From NCBI GenBank assembly GCA_964555875.1, contig CAZKUD010000004.1, positions 3,580 to 67,579 on the forward strand: a stretch of DNA of 64,000 nucleotides. The letters are read 5' to 3'. Shown here piece after piece: positions 35,270 to 44,212 of this stretch (positions are counted from its first letter, which is position 1; each line of letters begins with the position of its first letter). The notes beneath the pieces are model-generated. The model saw nothing but the letters and a program-made list of their open reading frames with translations. It searched no databases and was not told where the DNA came from. The stretch comes from an uncultured archaeon (GTDB lineage: Archaea > Aenigmatarchaeota > Aenigmatarchaeia > QMZP01). Made by a program: the position numbers and the translations under genes.

Positions 35270-37525
35270 ATGAAGTGTCCATTTTGCGGAAAAGAGGAAA
35301 CCAAGGTCCTTGACAAGAGGGAATCAGGGGTATCCAACAGGCGGAGAAGGGAGTGCCTGAGCTGCAAGAAGAGGTTCACCACTTACGAGAAGATAGGCGG
35401 CCTTCTGACAAAGGTCCGCAAGAGGGACGGAAAGGAAATAGATTTCAGCCAGGACAGGATCACTGAAGCCATCTGGGCATCTGCCAGGGAGGTAGGAGGC
35501 AAGGACAAGGAGCTCGCCAAGAAGCTGTCCGACAGGGTGGTGCAGGTCCTGGAGGAGAAGTTCGGCGGCTACACTGTGCCGACTGTCGAGCAGATACAGG
35601 ATCTTGTGGAGAAGGTGCTGGTCGAGGGCGGGCACTACGAGACAGCCAAGGCCTACATACTGTACAGGAAGAACAGGGAGAAGCTGAGGGAGGCCAAGTC
35701 CACGATGGTGGACGTCGAGAACACCATAAGCTCATACCTGGACAGGAGGGACTGGAGGGTCAAGGAGAACAGCAACGAGGCCTTCTCGTTTTCCGGCCTC
35801 CTGCTCTACACTGCAGGCAAGGTGATGGCCAACTACAACCTGAACGAGATATACACGCCGGCCATAGCCGAGGCGCACAGGAAGGGCTACATGCACGTGC
35901 ACGACCTCTCCCACGGGGTCATAGGCTACTGCTGCGGTCATTCGCTCAAGAACCTGCTCCTTACAGGGTTCGGGGGCGTGCCCAACAAGGTGGACGCCAA
36001 GCCAGCCAAGCACCTGGACGTGGTGGTGCACCACATGATAAACTACATAGGCTGCCTGCAGATGGAGTTCGCAGGCGCGCAGGCTTTCAACTCCGTGGAC
36101 ACCCTGCTCGCGCCCTTCGTGAAGGAGGACAGCCTGACATACAAGCAGGTCAAGCAGAACATGCAGAAGCTCGTCTTCTCGCTGAACGTGCCCTCCAGGT
36201 GGGGGTCACAGTACCCGTTCTCCAACCTGACTTTCGACTGGGTGCCTCCAGAGGACCTCAAGGGCCAGAAGGCCATAGTCGGCGGGAAGGAACTGGATTA
36301 CAACTACGGCGACTGCCAGGCAGAGATGAACATGATAAACAGGGCCTTCATAGAGGTCATGCTCGAGGGAGACGCGAACGGGAGGATATTCACCTTCCCC
36401 ATACCGACCTACAACATAACCAGGGACTTCGACTGGGACTCTGAGAACGCCAAGCTGCTCTTCGAGCTCACGGCCAAGTACGGGACACCCTACTTCCAGA
36501 ACTATGTGGGCTCCAACCTGAACCCAAATTCGGTCAGGGCCATGTGCTGCAGGCTGAACATGGACCTGACGCAGCTAATGAACAGGCCGGGAGGCATGTG
36601 GTCGATGGGCGACAGCACAGGCTCCATAGGCGTGGTCACCATAAACCTTAACAGGCTTGCGTACGAGGCCAAGGACAAGGACGAGTTCCTAGAGAAGATA
36701 AAGCACTACATGATGCTTGCGAAGACGTCCCTGGAGACCAAGAGGAGGGTGGTGGAGAACAACATGAGGAACGGCCTGATGCCCTATACCAAGAGGTACT
36801 TGGGCACATTCAAGAACCACTTCTCAACCATCGGCCTGTGCGGCATGAACGAGGCCTGCCTCAACCTGATAGGAAAGGACATAAGCTCGCCCGAAGGGAA
36901 GGAGCTCACGATAGACACCCTCAAGTTCATGAGGGAGAAGACGAGGGAGTTCCAGACAGAGACAGGAAGCCTCTACAACCTGGAGGCGACCCCTGCCGAA
37001 TCGACCGCATACAGGTTCGCCAGGCTGGACAAGAAGATGTACCCTGACATAAAGGTGTCCGGCACCGAGGAGACGCCGTACCTCACCAACTCGACGTACC
37101 TGCCTGTCGGGCACACAGACGACGTGGTGCAGGCGCTGGAGCACCAGAACGACATACAGCCATTGTACACTGGAGGGACGATGTTCCATACGTTCCTTGG
37201 GGAGAAGGTCTCCAGCGGGGAGTCGGCCAAGATGCTGGTCAAGAAGATAGCGGTGAACACCAGGCTGCCGTACTTCTCGATAACCCCGACCTTCAGCATA
37301 TGCCCGACCCACGGTTACGTGAGGGGCGAGCATTTCAAGTGCCCACAGCCGAACGGCGGCTCAGAGCCCTGCGGGAAGAACTGCGAGGTGTTCTCCAGGG
37401 TGGTCGGTTACTTCAGGCCAATCCAGAACTGGAACGACGGAAAGCAGCAGGAGTTCAAGGAGAGGCTGGAATACCAGGAGAACAAGGCCTTCTCGAGGGA
37501 CTTCTCCTTCACTAAGGCCACATAG
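35270..37525 (+). CDS. nrdD: Anaerobic ribonucleoside-triphosphate reductase (class III) with an NrdR-like zinc-ribbon + ATP-cone N-terminus
   Basis: N-terminus MKCPFCGKEETKVLDKRESGVSNRRRRECLSCKKRFTTYEKI (NrdR-type Zn ribbon), ATP-cone, C-terminal glycyl-radical motif RVVGYFRPIQNWNDGKQQE. The ORF track starts upstream at 35189. Confidence 0.9.
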   Translation: MKCPFCGKEETKVLDKRESGVSNRRRRECLSCKKRFTTYEKIGGLLTKVRKRDGKEIDFSQDRITEAIWASAREVGGKDKELAKKLSDRVVQVLEEKFGGYTVPTVEQIQDLVEKVLVEGGHYETAKAYILYRKNREKLREAKSTMVDVENTISSYLDRRDWRVKENSNEAFSFSGLLLYTAGKVMANYNLNEIYTPAIAEAHRKGYMHVHDLSHGVIGYCCGHSLKNLLLTGFGGVPNKVDAKPAKHLDVVVHHMINYIGCLQMEFAGAQAFNSVDTLLAPFVKEDSLTYKQVKQNMQKLVFSLNVPSRWGSQYPFSNLTFDWVPPEDLKGQKAIVGGKELDYNYGDCQAEMNMINRAFIEVMLEGDANGRIFTFPIPTYNITRDFDWDSENAKLLFELTAKYGTPYFQNYVGSNLNPNSVRAMCCRLNMDLTQLMNRPGGMWSMGDSTGSIGVVTINLNRLAYEAKDKDEFLEKIKHYMMLAKTSLETKRRVVENNMRNGLMPYTKRYLGTFKNHFSTIGLCGMNEACLNLIGKDISSPEGKELTIDTLKFMREKTREFQTETGSLYNLEATPAESTAYRFARLDKKMYPDIKVSGTEETPYLTNSTYLPVGHTDDVVQALEHQNDIQPLYTGGTMFHTFLGEKVSSGESAKMLVKKIAVNTRLPYFSITPTFSICPTHGYVRGEHFKCPQPNGGSEPCGKNCEVFSRVVGYFRPIQNWNDGKQQEFKERLEYQENKAFSRDFSFTKAT

Positions 37526-37555
37526 CACTTTTATTTTTTATTCACAATCATAATT

Positions 37556-38248
37556 ATGGACATCAAAGGCATACAGAAGACATCGATGATAGACTACCCC
37601 GGGAAGATGAGCGCCATCATATTCCTTCCCAAGTGCACGTTCAGGTGCGGCTTCTGCCACAACGTCGACCTGGTCACGGGCTGGGAGAAGCTGGACACAA
37701 TAGACGAGAGGGAGGCACTCAACTTCCTGAAGGACAGGAAGAAATGGCTTGACGGCATCGTCATTACCGGCGGGGAGCCGACCGTCCACAGGGACCTTCC
37801 GGATTTCATAAGGAAGGTCAAGGAGCTGGGATACCTGGTCAAGCTCGACACGAACGGCTCCAACCCCTACATGCTGGAGGACCTGATAAAGGAGGGGCTG
37901 ATAGACTACATAGCGATGGACATAAAGGGCCCGAAGGAACGCTATGACGAGATATGCAGGGTGAAGGTGAACATCAAGCTGATAGAGATGTCAGTCGAGC
38001 GGATACGGGAGTCCGGCCTGGATTATGAGTTCAGGACCACCGCCGTACCGGGGCTGATAACAGTGGAGGACATTGCCAAGATAGGGGAATGGATGAAGGG
38101 GTCCAGGCTCTATTGCATACAGCAGTTCAGGCCCATGAGGACGCTTGACGGCAGCCTGCAGAACAGCAGGCCTTACAAGCCCGAGGAACTCCAGAAGATG
38201 GCAGAGGTTGCGGGCCCTTTCTTTGATAAGGTGGAAATAAGGCAATGA
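37556..38248 (+). CDS. nrdG: Anaerobic RNR activating protein (radical SAM)
   Basis: CTFRCGFCHN (CxxxCxxC), GGEPT. Confidence 0.85.
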   Translation: MDIKGIQKTSMIDYPGKMSAIIFLPKCTFRCGFCHNVDLVTGWEKLDTIDEREALNFLKDRKKWLDGIVITGGEPTVHRDLPDFIRKVKELGYLVKLDTNGSNPYMLEDLIKEGLIDYIAMDIKGPKERYDEICRVKVNIKLIEMSVERIRESGLDYEFRTTAVPGLITVEDIAKIGEWMKGSRLYCIQQFRPMRTLDGSLQNSRPYKPEELQKMAEVAGPFFDKVEIRQ

Positions 38249-39240
38249 AGATAGTCATCTGCGGCAGCATGAAGCTGGCCAAGGAGATGAACGAGGCCAG
38301 GAGGAAGCTGGAGGGGATGGGGCACGAGGCCATTTGCCCGCCTGACACAGACCATTGCGTGGCCAACCCTGACCTGAACGAGGAAGTCGAATACTGCATA
38401 GAGCATGATGTCATAAGGGAGCATTTCAGGCTAATAGCAGACGCTGACGCAGTGCTCACCCTCAACCACACGAGGAAGGGCATACCCGGGTATGTGGGAA
38501 GCAACACCCTGATGGACATGGCCATAGCATACCACCTGAAGAAGAGGATATTCCTTCTTTACCCCATACCTGACATGGACTGCGCGACAGAGCTCAGGAT
38601 AATGCAGCCCACCGTACTTGACGGCGACATGTCCAGGATACCGTTCGCCAGGTCCAGGGTGGTGCTGGCATCCAAGTCTCCCAGGAGGATGCAGCTGCTT
38701 GAGCAGCTCGGGGTCGACTTCGAGATAGTCGCGAGCAAAGCAGACGAGAGCAGCATACAGGATGACGACCCCACGGAGATGGTCAAGAAGCTGGCGGAGC
38801 TGAAGGCAAGGACCGTGGCGGAGAAGGTCGGCAAGGGGCCGGTCATAGTGTCAGGCGACAGCCTCACCTTCATGGACGGGAAGCCGATAGGAAAGCCCAA
38901 GGCCGCAACAGGGGACGAGGCGAGGGAAAGGGCCAGGGAGATGCTGAGGACGTTCTCAGGCAGGTCCCATGACGTCTATTCAGGCCTGTGCGTGCTCAAC
39001 ACGGAGACGGGAAAGATGCTGACGGACGCTGTCAGGACTGTCGTGACCTTCAGGGAACTGACCGAGAAGGACATAGAGGAGTGCGTGAAGGAGAAGAGGA
39101 TATACGGGGGCGCAGGCGCCTATGTGCCTGAGACATGGCCCAGGTGCTTCCAGGGGCTGGAAGGCTCGCACACCAATGTGCTGGGGACACCCACAGAGAG
39201 GCTGATACCCATGCTCAGGGAAGCGGGGGTGGAGATATGA
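38245..39240 (+). CDS. Fusion protein: N-terminal LOG/nucleoside 2-deoxyribosyltransferase/DNPH1-like Rossmann domain + C-terminal Maf nucleoside-triphosphate pyrophosphatase
   Basis: N-domain ADAVLTLNHTRKGIPGYVGSNTLMDMAIAY resembles the xDAxIALPGGxGTxEE core. C-domain VVLASKSPRRMQLLEQLGVDFEIVASKADES is a Maf signature. ATGA overlap with nrdG. Confidence 0.7.
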   Translation: MKIVICGSMKLAKEMNEARRKLEGMGHEAICPPDTDHCVANPDLNEEVEYCIEHDVIREHFRLIADADAVLTLNHTRKGIPGYVGSNTLMDMAIAYHLKKRIFLLYPIPDMDCATELRIMQPTVLDGDMSRIPFARSRVVLASKSPRRMQLLEQLGVDFEIVASKADESSIQDDDPTEMVKKLAELKARTVAEKVGKGPVIVSGDSLTFMDGKPIGKPKAATGDEARERAREMLRTFSGRSHDVYSGLCVLNTETGKMLTDAVRTVVTFRELTEKDIEECVKEKRIYGGAGAYVPETWPRCFQGLEGSHTNVLGTPTERLIPMLREAGVEI

Positions 39241-39806
39241 GGTCCATAGCCATATACCTCTCAGGGAGCATAAGGAAGGGCGAGAAGGACAGCAACAAGA
39301 TCTGCTGGGAGAAGGAGGACAAGGACTTCATAAGGAACGAGCTCGAGGGCTGGGAAGTCATGCTGCTGGACCCCCAATCAAGGGGAGACGACCTGTCTGA
39401 CCATATTTCAGTCTTCGGAAGGGACATGACCCAGGTTGCCAACTGCGACTTCGTGCTCGTGGACGGGAGGCAGAAGAGAGGCGTCGGCGTGGGCATGGAG
39501 ATGCTGATGGCCAAGATGAGGGGCATACCCGTGGTATCGGTAATACCCAAGAACAGCCATTACCACAGGGACAAGGTCGATTACCTGGGACAGACGGTCA
39601 GGAACTTCACGCACCCGGCCTTCTATGCCATTTCGGACCACATAGCTGAAGACCTGGCAAGCGCCATGGCATGGGTGAAGGAGCAGCTGATGGACCCCAG
39701 GCCGGTCAAGGGCCTCCATGTGGTGGAGGACGCGATGAAGCGCTACAGGGAGACCCAACTGGAGAAAGACAAGAAAATGAAAGAATTTCTATCAGGGAGG
39801 CAATAA
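39237..39806 (+). CDS. Nucleoside 2-deoxyribosyltransferase/DNPH1-like domain protein (standalone)
   Basis: IYLSGSI ... CDFVLVDGRQKRGVGVGMEMLMAKMRGIPVV pattern. ATGA overlap with the preceding gene. The ORF track starts upstream at 39135. Confidence 0.55.
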   Translation: MRSIAIYLSGSIRKGEKDSNKICWEKEDKDFIRNELEGWEVMLLDPQSRGDDLSDHISVFGRDMTQVANCDFVLVDGRQKRGVGVGMEMLMAKMRGIPVVSVIPKNSHYHRDKVDYLGQTVRNFTHPAFYAISDHIAEDLASAMAWVKEQLMDPRPVKGLHVVEDAMKRYRETQLEKDKKMKEFLSGRQ

Positions 39807-39812
39807 TATACT

Positions 39813-40088
39813 ATGTATCTGCTGGTTGGCGTCCTGGGCGCAGTCCTGATCCTCCTGTCGTGGGTGTTCGAGACTATAGAAGGGGTGAAGGAGCACAGGA
39901 GCCTCATGGACATCAGGTTCGCCGCCATATACATGCCAGGCGTGGTCCTCCTCGTGGCGTACAGCTGGTACATAGGGGACGCAGTCTTCTTGTGGCTGAA
40001 CGCCGCCATAGCTGTTTTCGTGGCAGCTGAGCTGCTCTATTCCATACACGTGAAGAAGGTCCATAGAGGCAGGAAGCGCAAGAAGTAG
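39813..40088 (+). CDS. Small membrane protein (91 aa)
   Basis: Two or three TM helices, basic C-terminus. Confidence 0.45.
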   Translation: MYLLVGVLGAVLILLSWVFETIEGVKEHRSLMDIRFAAIYMPGVVLLVAYSWYIGDAVFLWLNAAIAVFVAAELLYSIHVKKVHRGRKRKK

Positions 40089-40163
40089 TCAATCGACGTA
40101 GCCTGTTTGTGCATTTATAAATGTTTCTTCCCATACTATAGAATTCATAAGCGAGGGTCAACT

Positions 40164-40346
40164 ATGCCTAAACCGGAGATTGATTTCGAGAAGTGCCAGC
40201 ATTGCGGAGTCTGCGTTGACGTCTGCCCCCTTCAGTGCTTCGGGAAGAAGAAGGACAAGGTCGAGATAACGAAGCCGAACGAATGCATAGGGTGCAGGTC
40301 ATGCGAGGTGCAGTGCCCGCAGGCTGCTATAACGGTGAAAGACTGA
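40164..40346 (+). CDS. 2x[4Fe-4S] ferredoxin
   Basis: CQHCGVCVDVCP and CIGCRSCEVQCP motifs. The ORF track starts upstream at 40107. Confidence 0.8.
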   Translation: MPKPEIDFEKCQHCGVCVDVCPLQCFGKKKDKVEITKPNECIGCRSCEVQCPQAAITVKD

Positions 40347-40347
40347 C

Positions 40348-40566
40348 ATGGCCAATAAAATCACCAAGGACATGACGATTGGGGAAATAGTCAAGGACCA
40401 CCCTGAGGCAGCCCAGGTGCTGATGGAGCACGGGTTCCACTGCCTGGGGTGCGCCATGGCCTCAATGGAGACCCTGGAGCAGGGCGCCAAGGCCCACGGC
40501 CTGGACGACAAGCAGGTCGGAGAGCTTGTAAAAAAACTGAATTCTAAGTCTGGGTTGAAGAAGTAA
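40348..40566 (+). CDS. DUF1858-type small redox protein (hybrid-cluster-protein-associated disulfide domain)
   Basis: MTIGEIV...PEAAQVLMEHGFHCLGCAMA pattern. Confidence 0.55.
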   Translation: MANKITKDMTIGEIVKDHPEAAQVLMEHGFHCLGCAMASMETLEQGAKAHGLDDKQVGELVKKLNSKSGLKK

Positions 40567-40613
40567 ACCGATACCATACAAACCCTTAAATACTTTTCCT
40601 TACAATAAGTAAG

Positions 40614-41027
40614 ATGGCTACTGCAACGGCGGACAGGGAAACATCGCACGGACTGGTGGTTGAAACAGTCAGAAAGGAATACCAGGAAGGCCCCATGGAT
40701 TTTGACATAGACCTAGACTGCAGCATAGAAGAGGCCAGGGACGGCGTAAGGAAGGTTGCCGTCCAGAACCCGAAGGGCCACAGGGTCAACGAGTTCGTGG
40801 TCGAGAGCGTGAAGGAAATCGTTTACGGCACGCCCGGGGCCACCAAATATGCCATCGATTTCGTCCTGGGGGAGGATATCGGCCATGTTGACCCGGCATA
40901 CCTTTTCAACAGGTTCAGGGCCGCAGCCAGGGGCGGAGAGCTTCCAGAAGGGATGTACCTGGACGGCATGAGGCTGGCGGTCGCCAAAGGAGAGGACCTG
41001 TTCTCGCTAGTTCTCAAGTACAGGTGA
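40614..41027 (+). CDS. Hypothetical protein (137 aa)
   Basis: Clean ORF. Confidence 0.45.
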   Translation: MATATADRETSHGLVVETVRKEYQEGPMDFDIDLDCSIEEARDGVRKVAVQNPKGHRVNEFVVESVKEIVYGTPGATKYAIDFVLGEDIGHVDPAYLFNRFRAAARGGELPEGMYLDGMRLAVAKGEDLFSLVLKYR

Positions 41028-41086
41028 GGGCTTCTTGCAACATGTTGGGAAAAGCTTTATATACCAGACTTAACAATCGTTAAACC

Positions 41087-41443
41087 ATGGCCATAAAGTC
41101 CCCCCAAGAGATAGAGGTCTGGTACGTCATCCCCGCCATAAGGCGCGAGATGGTGCTGGAGTTCAGGAAGAGGAAGGTCAGCCAGAAGGCGGCGGCAGGG
41201 CTGCTGGGCCTGACAGAGGCAGCGGTCTCCCAGTACATGAAAGGCAAGAGGGGGACCGACGTCAGTTTCAGCCCTGTAATGAAGGCTGAGATAAGGAAGT
41301 CGGTAGACGCCATACAGGAAGGAGCCAGCGTGATGGAGGAGATACACAAAATGACCGTCCTGTGCAAGAAGAACGGCGTCCTCTGTAGGCTTCACAGGAA
41401 GATGGGGAATGTCCCCAAGGAGTGCACAATATGCCTGGGATGA
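41087..41443 (+). CDS. HTH (XRE-like) transcriptional regulator with C-terminal Cys motif, upstream of iscS
   Basis: SQKAAAGLLGLTEAAVSQYMKGKR helix-turn-helix. C-terminal C..C...C.IC. Confidence 0.6.
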   Translation: MAIKSPQEIEVWYVIPAIRREMVLEFRKRKVSQKAAAGLLGLTEAAVSQYMKGKRGTDVSFSPVMKAEIRKSVDAIQEGASVMEEIHKMTVLCKKNGVLCRLHRKMGNVPKECTICLG

Positions 41444-42594
41444 TATACCTGGACAATGCAGCCACCACACCGGTGGCTGGAGAGGTGCTGGAGGCAATGG
41501 TGCCATATTTCAGCGAGAAGTACGGGAACCCCTCCAGCCTTCACACGCCTGGACAGGATGCCAGGAAGGCGATGGAGGAGGCAAGGGAGCAGGCGGCAAG
41601 GGTGATAAATGCCGACCCCGATGAGATGATATTCACTTCAGGCGGCACAGAGGCCGACAACCTGGCGATAAAGGGCGCTGTTTTTAATTCATGCGGCTCT
41701 GAGGAGAGTCCGCACATAATAACCTCCAGGATAGAGCACCCGGCAGTGCTTGAGGTATGCAAGTGCCTGGAAGAGATGGGCATGGATGTCACTTACCTGA
41801 AGGTGGACAAGGACGGCATGGTAGACCCCGAGGACGTGGAGAAGGCCATAAGGAAGGGAACCGTCCTTGTTTCAATCATGCATGCCAATAATGAGATAGG
41901 CACGATAGAGCCTATAGGGGAGATAGCCAGGGTCTGCAAGAGGCACGGGGTGCTCTTCCACACTGACGCTGTGCAGACTTTCGGCAAGGTGCCCATAGAC
42001 GTAAGGAAGATGGGCATAGACCTTCTTTCAGCCAGCAGCCACAAGGTACACGGCCCCAAGGGGGTAGGATGCCTCTATGTCAGGAGGGGGGTGAAGCTGC
42101 ACACCATGCTGCAGGGAGGCGGCCATGAGAGGGGCATGCGCTCCGGCACAGAGAACGTGGCGGGCATAGTGGGCTTCGGAAAGGCATGCGAACTCAGCAG
42201 GAAGACGATGAAGAAGGAATCTGCAAGGCAGAAGGCGCTGAGGGACAGGCTCATATCAGGTGTCATGGGCATACCTGGAACCAGGCTGAATGGGCATCCC
42301 GGCAAGAGGCTCCCAGGGAACGCGAACTTCGGCTTCGGTTCCATAGAGGGGGAGAGCCTGGTGCTGAGGCTGGATGCCAGGGGCATAGCGGCAAGCACGG
42401 GTTCTGCCTGCTCGACGGGCAAGCTTGAGCCGAGCCACGTGCTCACTGCGATAGGGCTGAAGCCAGAGGAGAGCCACGGAAGCCTGAGGCTGACCCTAGG
42501 GAGGCAGACCACCAAGGATGACATAGATTACACTATCAGGGCCGTGAAGGAGGAGACATGGGAGCTCAGGAAGATGAGCCCGATAAGGGAATGA
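41422..42594 (+). CDS. iscS: Cysteine desulfurase (IscS/NifS family)
   Basis: PLP-lysine motif SSHKVHGPKGVGCLYV, active-site GSACSTG. Confidence 0.9.
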   Translation: MHNMPGMIYLDNAATTPVAGEVLEAMVPYFSEKYGNPSSLHTPGQDARKAMEEAREQAARVINADPDEMIFTSGGTEADNLAIKGAVFNSCGSEESPHIITSRIEHPAVLEVCKCLEEMGMDVTYLKVDKDGMVDPEDVEKAIRKGTVLVSIMHANNEIGTIEPIGEIARVCKRHGVLFHTDAVQTFGKVPIDVRKMGIDLLSASSHKVHGPKGVGCLYVRRGVKLHTMLQGGGHERGMRSGTENVAGIVGFGKACELSRKTMKKESARQKALRDRLISGVMGIPGTRLNGHPGKRLPGNANFGFGSIEGESLVLRLDARGIAASTGSACSTGKLEPSHVLTAIGLKPEESHGSLRLTLGRQTTKDDIDYTIRAVKEETWELRKMSPIRE

Positions 42595-43034
42595 TTATGG
42601 CACAGTATTCAGACACCGTGATGGAGCACTTCAAGAACCCCCACAACGTGGGGGAGATAAAGGACGCCGACGGAATCGGGAAGATAGGCAACAGGAGGTG
42701 CGGCGACGTGATGTGGCTTTACATAAGGGTGGAAGGCGGCAGGATAGCAGACATAAGGTTCAAGACCATGGGGTGCGCGGCTGCCATAGCGACAAGCAGC
42801 ATGCTGACCGACATGGCGAAAGGCAAGACCCTGGAGGAGGCCCTGAAGATAACCAGCAAGGGCCTGGCCGAGGAGCTGGGCGGCCTCCCCCCGGTGAAGC
42901 TGCACTGCTCCATCCTGGCAGCCGATGCGCTCGCAGAGGCTGTGTACGACTATTACATGAGGTGCGGGAAGCCTGTCCCAAAAGGCCTGCAGGAGAGGCG
43001 CGATTCACTGAAGAAGAGGGAGGGGCACCAATAA
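42591..43034 (+). CDS. iscU: Fe-S cluster scaffold IscU/NifU-like
   Basis: Conserved Cys in NRRCGDVM, GCAAAIA, HCS. ATGA overlap with iscS. Confidence 0.85.
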   Translation: MIMAQYSDTVMEHFKNPHNVGEIKDADGIGKIGNRRCGDVMWLYIRVEGGRIADIRFKTMGCAAAIATSSMLTDMAKGKTLEEALKITSKGLAEELGGLPPVKLHCSILAADALAEAVYDYYMRCGKPVPKGLQERRDSLKKREGHQ

Positions 43035-43058
43035 ATATCTGACAGCCATATTTTTACT

Positions 43059-44180
43059 ATGATTGACCATGACGACTTCGGGCCGGAGAAGGTCATAACA
43101 ATATTCAACCCCAAGGTGGACCTGCATGCAGTGACGGTCGTGGACAACACTGCCCTGGGGCCCGGCAAGGGCGGCATCAGGATGACCCCAACCGTCAGCG
43201 TGGAGGAGGTCATGAGGCTGGCCAGGGCAATGACCTGGAAGTGCGCCATGGCAGAGCTTCCGTTCGGAGGGGGCAAGTCAGGCATAATAGCCAACCCGAA
43301 GGAATTCTCCGGGGAGAAGAAGAGGGAGCTGGTGGAGGCATTCGGAGAGGCCCTGAAGGAGGTTTCACCGGCCATATACGTGGCAGCGCCGGACATCAAC
43401 ATGGCAGAGGACGAGATGAAATGGTTCTCTGAAGCGAACGGGAACCCCAAGTCCTGCACAGGCAAACCCAGGGAGATGGGCGGCCTCCCGCACGAGCTGG
43501 GTTCCACAGGGTTCGGGGTGTTCCACGCAGCCAAGGTCGGCGCCGAGTTCCTGGGAATGAAGCTTAAGAACGTCAGGTTCGCCGTGGAGGGCTTCGGCAA
43601 CGTGGGCTGGTTCGCCGCCAAGTTCATGACCGAGAAGGGCGCCAAGATGGTCGCGGTGTCCGATTCCAAGGGATGCGTATACAACCCGGAAGGCATCGAT
43701 TTCAAGAAGCTGGCGGAGGTCAAGAAGGACACCAGGTCCGTCGTTAATTACAGGCCCGGGAACGTCCTGCCCAACAAGGAGATACTGGGGCTTCCCGTAG
43801 ACGTTCTGATAACCGCAGCCGTGCCTGACCTGATTCTCATGTCTGACGCTGAGGACATCAAAGCCAGGCTGATAGTGGAGGGCAGCAACATACCCGCCAA
43901 GAAAGAGGTGGAGGACGAGCTCTTCAAGAAGGGCATAACAGTCGTACCGGATTTCGTGGCCAGCGCAGGCGGCGTGATATCCTCCTACGTGGAATACAAG
44001 GGCGGGGAAGAGAAGGAGATGTGGGAGATGATAGAGTCCAAGGTCAAGAGGAACACCCAGATAATGCTGCAGTCAGCCAAGGAGAAGGGCATCAGCCCGA
44101 GGGACGCTGCCCTGGAGATAGCCAAGGATAGGGTTCTCAAGAAATGCAAGACATGCTACGTCCCCGAAGACGGCCAGTAG
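43059..44180 (+). CDS. Glu/Leu/Phe/Val dehydrogenase family protein (short form)
   Basis: GGGKSG catalytic lysine motif, NAD(P) GFGNVG. Confidence 0.8.
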   Translation: MIDHDDFGPEKVITIFNPKVDLHAVTVVDNTALGPGKGGIRMTPTVSVEEVMRLARAMTWKCAMAELPFGGGKSGIIANPKEFSGEKKRELVEAFGEALKEVSPAIYVAAPDINMAEDEMKWFSEANGNPKSCTGKPREMGGLPHELGSTGFGVFHAAKVGAEFLGMKLKNVRFAVEGFGNVGWFAAKFMTEKGAKMVAVSDSKGCVYNPEGIDFKKLAEVKKDTRSVVNYRPGNVLPNKEILGLPVDVLITAAVPDLILMSDAEDIKARLIVEGSNIPAKKEVEDELFKKGITVVPDFVASAGGVISSYVEYKGGEEKEMWEMIESKVKRNTQIMLQSAKEKGISPRDAALEIAKDRVLKKCKTCYVPEDGQ

Positions 44181-44212
44181 GCTAATTTTATTACGCGCCC
44201 CAAATATTAAGC

